Virus record (IMG/VR): IMGVR_UViG_3300008114_000042
Location: 1-64,000 of that record
From: a virus
Length of the DNA: 64,000 nt
Strand: one strand, 5' to 3'
Below the pieces are notes generated by a model. It did not search any database and was not told where the DNA came from. It was given only the letters and a program-made list of their open reading frames with translations. Both the position numbers and the translations under genes were made by a program. Shown one piece after another: positions 58,034 through 63,781 of the stretch (positions are counted from its first letter, which is position 1; each line of letters starts with the position of its first letter).

Positions 58034-58444
58034 ATGAGTAAGGCAGCAAAGATTCTTGCTATCATCCTCATCACTTTTGGTGGCGTGTTCACACTCGTAG
58101 GAGTTTCTTCCTACCTTACCGTGGGCAACGTCCTCACAGCGCAGGCAATCACGGTTGCCGACGATGCTTCCTGTCTCGCAGGAGCAACGGTGAACAACCC
58201 ACTAGCAGCATGGTGCCAGCAGGATATCATCAACGATCACGCCCTCCATGCCACGAATGGGCTGTCATACGCACAGATGGACCGTGAGGACCCGCTACGC
58301 GAGGTTGCTATGAATGGGTCGGTGCTTCGTGCATCGCTCTTCACTAGCGTTATTGCCTTCGCTCTCAGCGCCCTCGTGGCTGTGCTTGGAGTGCTCTTCG
58401 CCCTCGTTGGCGTGACATTCCTCGTCTACAAGCCGAAGGCGTAG
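58034..58444 (+). CDS. two-TM membrane protein of an actinobacterial family
   Basis: Two hydrophobic helices around IINDHAL..T.G..YAQMDREDPLR..AMNGS.LRASLFTSV. Confidence 0.7.
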   Translation: MSKAAKILAIILITFGGVFTLVGVSSYLTVGNVLTAQAITVADDASCLAGATVNNPLAAWCQQDIINDHALHATNGLSYAQMDREDPLREVAMNGSVLRASLFTSVIAFALSALVAVLGVLFALVGVTFLVYKPKA

Positions 58445-58448
58445 GCAA

Positions 58449-58476
58449 ACTACCTGAGCATGTAGTCAAACTGCTC
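58449..58476 (+). ncRNA. compact H-type pseudoknot motif 5' of tRNA-like RNA
   Basis: ACTAC/GTAGT stem; loop GAGCA pairs with TGCTC after a CAAAC linker. Confidence 0.5.
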
Positions 58477-58480
58477 CCGC

Positions 58481-58564
58481 AGGGGAATATCGGCGCTGTC
58501 TTATAAACAGTGGATAATAATGCCGTAGCGGTCCAGTTGGGTTCAATTCCCATTTCCCCTACCA
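58481..58564 (+). tRNA. non-canonical D-arm-less tRNA-like RNA, anticodon TAT (Ile)
   Basis: AGGGGAA/TTCCCCT + ACCA; GCTGT-CTTATAA-ACAGT; TGGG-TTCAATT-CCCA; 7-nt D region, 25-nt variable region. Confidence 0.6.
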
Positions 58565-58565
58565 A

Positions 58566-58638
58566 GCCCCCGTAGTTCAGCAGATAGAACAGCGGATTTC
58601 TACTCCGTAGGTCGTGGGTGCAATTCCTACCGGGGGTA
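58566..58638 (+). tRNA. tRNA-Arg(TCT)
   Basis: Cloverleaf GCCCCCG/CGGGGGT; GCGGA-TTTCTAC-TCCGT; T-loop TGCAATT. Confidence 0.85.
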
Positions 58639-58649
58639 CAAAAATATTG

Positions 58650-58689
58650 TGGTATAATACTTGACTACAACGACCAAACCTGTTATACT
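58650..58689 (+). promoter_or_regulatory. tandem promoters (TGGTATAAT; TTGACT-N17-TATACT) in the RNA cluster
   Basis: Consensus matches. Confidence 0.65.
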
Positions 58690-58714
58690 TTACACATAAC
58701 ACAATAGCGAGTTC

Positions 58715-58804
58715 GATGGGACATAGGGACTTGTGAGGATATGTGCCTCAATAAAAACCATCCCTCCCCATCCCCTGTTGATAGTCAGGGAAAACAAAAC
58801 TATC
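58715..58804 (+). ncRNA. structured leader: nested stem-loop then H-type pseudoknot
   Basis: GATGGG/CCCATC, AGGGA/TCCCT, TGAGG/CCTCA; then CCCTG/CAGGG with loop GATAGT pairing ACTATC. Confidence 0.5.
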
Positions 58805-58807
58805 CGG

Positions 58808-58879
58808 TAGGGAGAGCCAATGGATAGGCACTTTGTCTCCAAAACAAAGCAAAACAGGGTTCGACTCCCTGCTCCCTTG
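58808..58879 (+). tRNA. tRNA-Trp(CCA), non-canonical
   Basis: AGGGAG/CTCCCT, GCC/GGC D stem, 6-bp anticodon stem CTTTGT/ACAAAG, CAGGG-TTCGACT-CCCTG. Confidence 0.7.
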
Positions 58880-58906
58880 CAAAAGATTCCAAAGTGTGGT
58901 ATAAGC

Positions 58907-58977
58907 GCTCCCTTAAGTTAATAGTAAACTGGTAGTTTTACACACTACTCACGGCGGGGCGGTACCGTCAGGGAGTA
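58907..58977 (+). tRNA. tRNA-Val(TAC), atypical T-loop
   Basis: GCTCCCT/AGGGAGT, AGTT/AACT, GTAGT-TTTACAC-ACTAC; T-loop GGCGGTA. Confidence 0.7.
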
Positions 58978-58984
58978 CGCACAA

Positions 58985-59051
58985 TGCTCTAGTTGGTACG
59001 GCGGGGTCCTCATAAGTCCCCTAGCCTTAGGTTCGAATCCTGATAGAGCAA
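58985..59051 (+). tRNA. D-arm-less tRNA-like RNA, anticodon CAT (Met or Ile2)
   Basis: TGCTCTA/TAGAGCA; GGGGTC-CTCATAA-GTCCCC; TTAGG-TTCGAAT-CCTGA; 11-nt D region. Confidence 0.6.
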
Positions 59052-59096
59052 CGGTTTCCAAGTAGCGAGCGCTTTGGAAGTGTGGTATAATGGAGT

Positions 59097-59519
59097 ATGA
59101 AAATTTGTGGAACCTGTAAAGAAGAAAAGCCAATTAGCGAGTTCTCCCTCAAAAAGGGAAAGCCCCAGTACAACTGTAAAGAATGTCATTCAAAGTATAG
59201 AAAAGCACACTACGAAAACAATAAGCAAAAATACATAGACAAGGCTGCTAAGAACAAGAAAGCATATGCCAGAGAGTATTACGACTGGCTAAGTGGCAAA
59301 TGTTGCGCTGACTGCGGGACGACAGACATAAGAGTCTTGGAACAGGACCATCTCAAAGATAAAAAGTTTAATATCTCTTTGCTAATAGGGAGGGTGAGAC
59401 TCTCTACGATGATGGAAGAATTGAATAAGTGTGAAATCGTGTGCGCCAACTGCCATATCATCCGTACCGGAGAAAGGGCGGGGTGGCTGAAACAAGAATA
59501 CTACGCGAATATAGTTTAG
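59097..59519 (+). CDS. HNH endonuclease within the tRNA cluster
   Basis: CGTC..CKEC, CADCG..DIRVLEQDH, KCEIVCANCH. Confidence 0.8.
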   Translation: MKICGTCKEEKPISEFSLKKGKPQYNCKECHSKYRKAHYENNKQKYIDKAAKNKKAYAREYYDWLSGKCCADCGTTDIRVLEQDHLKDKKFNISLLIGRVRLSTMMEELNKCEIVCANCHIIRTGERAGWLKQEYYANIV

Positions 59520-59575
59520 AGGTAGAACCAGTGATTTCCAATCATTCAGCCGGGGTTCGATTCCCCGTATTCGCT
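59505..59575 (+). tRNA. tRNA-Gly(TCC)
   Basis: GCGAATA/TATTCGC, GTGA-TTTCCAA-TCAT, CGGGG-TTCGATT-CCCCG. Confidence 0.88.
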
Positions 59576-59579
59576 CGCA

Positions 59580-59679
59580 AGGTATGGCTCAGTAATGTGA
59601 GGTGACGATGTTGATGCCTATGTCGCACATAGAGACATCGAAACAATATCATTATTCATCCCCAGCCACGCACCTACCA
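59580..59679 (+). ncRNA. unidentified rod-like structured RNA ending in ACCA
   Basis: Five nested helices: AGGT/ACCT, TGGCT/AGCCA, GTAATG/CATTAT, CGATGT/ACATCG, CTATGT/ACATAG. Confidence 0.45.
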
Positions 59680-59701
59680 AGGGTTGCCGCCCGAGGGTAG
59701 A

Positions 59702-59734
59702 GAGGGGGAGAGGTCGGCAAAGCCTCTCCCCTTC
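59702..59734 (+). terminator. terminator-like hairpin before a TGGTATAAT promoter
   Basis: GGGGAGAGG / CCTCTCCCC. Confidence 0.55.
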
Positions 59735-59793
59735 ATAATAATGGTATAATAACTCTATGTGGTGTGACGTACATCGACAGAAATTTGATTTAG

Positions 59794-60012
59794 ATGAGAA
59801 TGGATGGCCTACATGCGAGGACAAGGAGAAAGAGAAGGACTAAGAAAGTCCTTGCCCTATCTCTTGTTCTGGTTGCTGTGTGGGGGATGATACATTACCG
59901 TGTCGTCCCAGTTATGTACTACAATATTCTATGTTTCTTTGATACGGAATACAACGCAATGAGGACCGATGCAGGACACCAAGAATGTTTGGAGTCCTAT
60001 CACGAGCGATAA
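59794..60012 (+). CDS. small membrane protein
   Basis: Basic stretch then a hydrophobic helix; start uncertain. Confidence 0.45.
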   Translation: MRMDGLHARTRRKRRTKKVLALSLVLVAVWGMIHYRVVPVMYYNILCFFDTEYNAMRTDAGHQECLESYHER

Positions 60013-60064
60013 GGGGCGGGACGGATCAGACCTCCTGCCCTTTGTCTATACCTCAATATTCAAG

Positions 60065-60148
60065 GGAAGATTGGCAGAGTGGCTAATGCAGCGGCTTGCT
60101 AAGCCGTAGGTCCGTAAGGGTCCGTAGGTTCGAATCCTACATCTTCCT
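60065..60148 (+). tRNA. tRNA-Ser(GCT)
   Basis: GGAAGAT/ATCTTCC, GCGGC-TTGCTAA-GCCGT, long variable arm, GTAGG-TTCGAAT-CCTAC. Confidence 0.9.
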
Positions 60149-60226
60149 CTGTGGTTTAAAAGTGTGATACAATTGAACTGGCCTGAAACCAGTCAACGCA
60201 GGGGACCGCAATGGTTGCCCTGCCAA

Positions 60227-60299
60227 GGTCCGTTAGAGTAGCGGTAATCTCGCTTCCCTCTCAAGGAAGAGAACAGGGGTTCAAATCCCCTACGGACTA
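60227..60299 (+). tRNA. tRNA-Glu(CTC)
   Basis: GGTCCGT/ACGGACT, CTTCC-CTCTCAA-GGAAG, AGGGG-TTCAAAT-CCCCT. Confidence 0.9.
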
Positions 60300-60304
60300 C
60301 GCAA

Positions 60305-60385
60305 GGCCTAATGGTGGAACGGTATACACGCACGACTCAAAATCGTGTGCTTTGCGGCATGTGGGTTCGAATCCCACTTGGGCTA
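60305..60385 (+). tRNA. tRNA-Leu(CAA)
   Basis: GGCCTAA/TTGGGCT, CACGA-CTCAAAA-TCGTG, variable arm, GTGGG-TTCGAAT-CCCAC. Confidence 0.9.
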
Positions 60386-60477
60386 CAAATGAGAGCATCT
60401 TGTGATGCGAATAAAAGCATTCCGTAAGGTCGGAGTGCTATACTTAGAAGAATGCGCAACCAATCCAAGGAGAAATA

Positions 60478-61041
60478 ATGAAGAAGACTCTATCAGCACT
60501 AGGACTAAGTTCAATCGGATTAATCGCTGTTACGGCTACCGCACCAGCCTTCGCTACCCCGTCAGAGATGGTAACCGTCTGCCACGTTACTCCCGGCAAT
60601 TCGGTAACGCTGACTATCCCAGAGGATCAGGCCAATGGTCACCTAACAGGCAAGGCAGCAGGACACGACCTGAACGGCCCTGTAGAGGACTATCTTGGTG
60701 AGTGCAAGCCTACCCCTACGCCTACACCAACACCTACCCCAACACCTACTCCAACCCCAACGGAGACATCTACACCAACACCAGAACCAACGCCAGAGGC
60801 TACTTCGGTGAACCCGGAGGCGGCTCTACCGCTGGAAGTTCTTCCTGCCACTATTGCTGATCCCATCATGGTCAATATACCTCAGAAGGCAACCTTACCA
60901 GTAGAGGTTAATGCTGGTGGCGGGGGTAGTCAGGATGAAGGCCCATCACCATTAACACTAGTAGGACTACTACTAATGTCTGCTGGTGTGGTAACCGCAA
61001 CATTCTCCGGTATCCAGATGCTTGCTAAGCGTGGAATCTAA
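60478..61041 (+). CDS. secreted, C-terminally anchored surface protein with Pro-Thr linker
   Basis: Signal peptide (APAFA), VTVCH..GH..H domain, (PT)n, VNAGGGG, TM helix and KR tail. Confidence 0.75.
   Translation: MKKTLSALGLSSIGLIAVTATAPAFATPSEMVTVCHVTPGNSVTLTIPEDQANGHLTGKAAGHDLNGPVEDYLGECKPTPTPTPTPTPTPTPTPTETSTPTPEPTPEATSVNPEAALPLEVLPATIADPIMVNIPQKATLPVEVNAGGGGSQDEGPSPLTLVGLLLMSAGVVTATFSGIQMLAKRGI
60709..60798 (+). repeat. 6-bp-period coding repeat (Pro-Thr)
   Basis: CCNACN tandem array. Confidence 0.85.
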
Positions 61042-61056
61042 ATAAACCAAAGGATA

Positions 61057-61100
61057 GGAGGGGCAGGGACTTGACAACCTGCCCCTTCTTCCTGTATAAT
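61057..61100 (+). promoter_or_regulatory. hairpin with TTGACA in its loop, followed by TATAAT
   Basis: GGAGGGGCAGG-GACTTGACAA-CCTGCCCCTTC ... TATAAT. Confidence 0.6.
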
Positions 61101-61129
61101 AGAGACACGTTGAACAAAGGAGAAGCACT

Positions 61130-61261
61130 ATGCGGGACTTTTCTCTCACAGAGGAATGGCTAAGCAAGTTCATTAAGGACACTAATCAAGAAATCATTCT
61201 TCTTTATGGAAAGATTACAGACCTAGAAAAGAAGGTAGAGCATTTTGCCTCCAAGAAGTAA
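61130..61261 (+). CDS. 43-aa coiled-coil protein
   Basis: AAGGAG RBS; hand-translated. Confidence 0.5.
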   Translation: MRDFSLTEEWLSKFIKDTNQEIILLYGKITDLEKKVEHFASKK

Positions 61262-61439
61262 GCGAGCCCCGGTAGTCAAGGATGGTGGGATGTTCGTCCC
61301 CACTCCCGATGTTCAACTAACCAGAAAGTCTGGTTGGTGTATGGAGTTCCCAGCGGCGCATGATAGATGTCCTTATCAACTTCTTTCGGGCAAGTGTGGG
61401 TGTGACTGCGGTCATCCCCATTACAAAGGAAATAAGTAA
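61245..61439 (+). CDS. small Cys/His protein
   Basis: SGWC...HDRCP...CGCDCGH. Confidence 0.55.
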   Translation: MPPRSKRAPVVKDGGMFVPTPDVQLTRKSGWCMEFPAAHDRCPYQLLSGKCGCDCGHPHYKGNK

Positions 61440-61540
61440 TGTCTGTTTCAACTCTAAAAATGTGCTCTTGTAAGTGTAACAAATCCAAATCAGATAATCT
61501 AATGATAGAATTCCTACGAAAGAGAAAAACTAATGCCTAA
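61439..61540 (+). pseudogene. 33-aa relic of an HNH endonuclease with fused N- and C-termini
   Basis: MSVSTLKMC|SCKCNKSKSDNLMIEFLRKRK resembles the HNH C-terminal CxxCNxxKxD..EF. Confidence 0.5.
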
Positions 61541-61739
61541 TGCCGAAACATCAAAGCGCACCTTCTACACTACACCCGCTCGCTTCTGCGAGGATGCTCT
61601 TGCCATTATGGGCGAGGTATACGGAATCGGAGAAGACAGCGAGCAGCACCCTGAGGACGTTTTTGTCAACCTTAGTGTTGTTATGCAGATAATGAGTCTC
61701 AATACTACCAAAATTATGAATGCCTATTGGAGGCGTTGA
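61533..61739 (+). CDS. hypothetical protein
   Basis: Coupled ORF. Confidence 0.5.
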   Translation: MPNAETSKRTFYTTPARFCEDALAIMGEVYGIGEDSEQHPEDVFVNLSVVMQIMSLNTTKIMNAYWRR

Positions 61740-61918
61740 TGCCCAACTACAGTTATGTGTGTGCCTATTGTGGGCCAGCAAACATCTTTCAGCAGATAAC
61801 GGAGAAGCCCTTGACTTCCTGCCCGGAATGCGGCAAACTAGGGTTTAGGAAGTTGTTCACCGCCCCCGCTATTTCCTTTAAGGGAAGCGGTTTCGCAAGT
61901 AACGATAAGGGGAAGTAG
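61739..61918 (+). CDS. FmdB-family zinc-ribbon protein
   Basis: MPNYSYVCAYCG...CPECG...ISFKGSGF.SND. Confidence 0.85.
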   Translation: MPNYSYVCAYCGPANIFQQITEKPLTSCPECGKLGFRKLFTAPAISFKGSGFASNDKGK

Positions 61919-62247
61919 TGAGATATTTTATGGCTGATCCCGACAATAAGGAAAGATTGCTTAAGGTTCCTCACCGGGTAGTTATTGAAATCCAGAAAGA
62001 CTACGCCGTTCAGACGTTTGAGGAAATGAAAAGAGTAGAGTCTTTTGCCTACATCAATGCCTGCATCTCAGCAGGAGAGCGGATCATGGACTATGCTGAT
62101 GAGTCTGAAATGGCTAAGGACTATTCTAACTACAAAGTCATCGATGGTATGAGATACATCGAAGTCAGCACAGCGGTACAGTGTGCGCTTGTCCCAATTT
62201 CCACTATGCTTGGTGGGAAGGACGATGAGAGGACGGATGATGACTGA
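61918..62247 (+). CDS. hypothetical protein
   Basis: Coupled 109-aa ORF. Confidence 0.55.
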   Translation: MRYFMADPDNKERLLKVPHRVVIEIQKDYAVQTFEEMKRVESFAYINACISAGERIMDYADESEMAKDYSNYKVIDGMRYIEVSTAVQCALVPISTMLGGKDDERTDDD

Positions 62248-62377
62248 CCACGAACCGATGTGCCCGTGCAACAATGCCGACGAGCGCGGCTGCTTCCTCA
62301 TCAGCGCCAACACTGGCAAGTGCGTGTCCTGCGTGTGTGGAGACAAGATGGACACGGCTCTAGGCGGTGAGCGATGA
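62237..62377 (+). CDS. small His/Cys-motif protein
   Basis: HEPMCPC...CVSCVC; GAGAGG RBS. Confidence 0.5.
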   Translation: MMTDHEPMCPCNNADERGCFLISANTGKCVSCVCGDKMDTALGGER

Positions 62378-62628
62378 CTCACGACCCGCTGTGCACCACG
62401 GTACTGAATACCGAGATGAGCGAAGCGTTCTGTGACTGCGCCCTGATCGCCCGTGTCCGCGAGGACGAGCGGAAGCATGAGATTCCCACCACGCTCTCCT
62501 ACGCCGCTGGCCTGTCCGCTGCGCGGGAAGCAGTGGTTGAAGTCCATCGCAAGTGGGGATACCCGCAGCAACTCATCGACAGCAACGTAATCATCGCCGC
62601 TATCGACGCATTAAAGGAGGAGTCATGA
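62374..62628 (+). CDS. His/Cys-motif protein (HDPLC...CDCALIARVREDER)
   Basis: ATGA coupled; ends AAIDAL. Confidence 0.6.
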   Translation: MTHDPLCTTVLNTEMSEAFCDCALIARVREDERKHEIPTTLSYAAGLSAAREAVVEVHRKWGYPQQLIDSNVIIAAIDALKEES

Positions 62629-62897
62629 GCATCCAGCGGTGGCGCATCGACACAAGCGGGAGCGAGTACGTCACTTACGCCGATTACGTCGCTGCCCTAG
62701 CCGACGCTGAACAGCGAATGGAACGAATCACCCGTGAGGACGACAACCGGGCGCTGTGGGACAACCGCCAGTGGAACGCCGCGCTGGACGCTGTGCGGAA
62801 AGCGGTTGTCGCTACGGATGCTCCATGCAGCGGCCTGTGTGAGTGCATACCGCACGCCCTCGCCGCTATTGACGAACTCGCCCGAGAAGGAGAATAA
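62625..62897 (+). CDS. hypothetical protein, C-terminus similar to previous gene
   Basis: AGGAGG RBS; ends AAIDEL. Confidence 0.6.
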   Translation: MSIQRWRIDTSGSEYVTYADYVAALADAEQRMERITREDDNRALWDNRQWNAALDAVRKAVVATDAPCSGLCECIPHALAAIDELAREGE

Positions 62898-62900
62898 CTA

Positions 62901-63257
62901 ATGAAGCGACTACTCATCACGGGTTCACGAACGTGGACAGACTACGCAGTGATCTATACTGCCCTACTTGAATACCAGAAGAAGGTAAATGAGTCCATCA
63001 CTGTTGTCCACGGTGGTGCTCGTGGTGCTGACTACCTTGCTCACACGGCAGCAAAGCGACTACTTCTCTTTACTGAGCCGCACGGGGCAAAGTGGGAAGA
63101 CTTTGGTAGCGCCGCAGGACCCATCAGAAACAGGGAAATGGTGGAGTCAGACATAGATGTCTGCTTCGCTTTCATTCGCAAGAACAGCAAGGGAGCAACT
63201 GGCTGCGCACGCATGGCTGAGCAGGCAGGGATTCCCACAACCTATTGGAGAGAATAA
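62901..63257 (+). CDS. SLOG-family protein (DUF2493/YspA-like)
   Basis: LLITGSR.W, VVHGGARGAD, AAGPIRNREMV, SKGA. Confidence 0.85.
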   Translation: MKRLLITGSRTWTDYAVIYTALLEYQKKVNESITVVHGGARGADYLAHTAAKRLLLFTEPHGAKWEDFGSAAGPIRNREMVESDIDVCFAFIRKNSKGATGCARMAEQAGIPTTYWRE

Positions 63258-63490
63258 TGAGAAGCGATATTGACTATGATTTTGACGAGGCACTCGGTGC
63301 CCTGCGCGATGCGGAGGCTGCTGTTGAGCGTGCTCGCTACACCTATAAGGATAGCGCACCAGAGCCCATCGACCCCAAGGACATAGAGCAGGCTATTGAC
63401 AGATGTGTAGAGAACTACACAAAGATGCGTGATCGTCAGCCCACTACCGCTGAACTTGCTGATGCTATTCTGAGTGCTGTGGCCTTCTAA
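63257..63490 (+). CDS. hypothetical protein
   Basis: TAATG coupled. Confidence 0.55.
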   Translation: MRSDIDYDFDEALGALRDAEAAVERARYTYKDSAPEPIDPKDIEQAIDRCVENYTKMRDRQPTTAELADAILSAVAF

Positions 63491-63549
63491 AATATAATTC
63501 CTTTTTAAACTGTTCGTGCTATAATGCAAACGAAAATTAGTTTTTGGGA

Positions 63550-63780
63550 GTGAGCAGCATGTACGGGCGAGGACGAGTAATAGAAGCAGATGCCATTGTT
63601 TTTCTCATCAACGAGCAGAGAAGTGCTATTGCTGAATACAGTACAGACTATGAAGTAGGGTATGAACGTGGTCTAAAAAAGGCAATGGAAATCATTTGCC
63701 GTTACGTCGCAAAAATCTATGGGGGCGAGATAGCCACGATCCCTCCCATCGTCATTAAGACTGCCCCGAAAAGGAGATAA
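63550..63780 (+). CDS. hypothetical protein
   Basis: TGCTATAAT upstream; start uncertain. Confidence 0.5.
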   Translation: MSSMYGRGRVIEADAIVFLINEQRSAIAEYSTDYEVGYERGLKKAMEIICRYVAKIYGGEIATIPPIVIKTAPKRR

Positions 63781-63781
63781 G

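Noticed and set aside
58034-58444. 'Aromatic ring-opening dioxygenase LigA' label that I recall for this family
   Set aside because: The sequence is a small two-TM membrane protein with no dioxygenase features
58734-58804. preQ1-I riboswitch (short stem plus A-rich tail)
   Set aside because: Loops lack the conserved ligand-binding sequence, and a tRNA rather than a queuosine gene follows
58808-58879. tRNA-Pyl or suppressor tRNA, implying stop-codon recoding
   Set aside because: Anticodon is CCA; TAG, TGA and TAA all end conserved genes at expected positions
58481-60385. Prophage attachment site or host tRNA island
   Set aside because: No integrase seen, and phage-type genes and promoters continue on both sides
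60211-60701. ORFs 60211..60405 and 60402..60701
   Set aside because: They overlap tRNA-Glu/tRNA-Leu and the better-supported ORF 60478-61041
60709-60798. Tandem repeat as a non-coding array or origin
   Set aside because: Third positions vary while Pro-Thr is kept, so it is a coding linker
87-63529. All minus-strand ORFs in the track
   Set aside because: They lie antisense to well-supported + strand genes or RNAs, and I recognised no protein motifs in them
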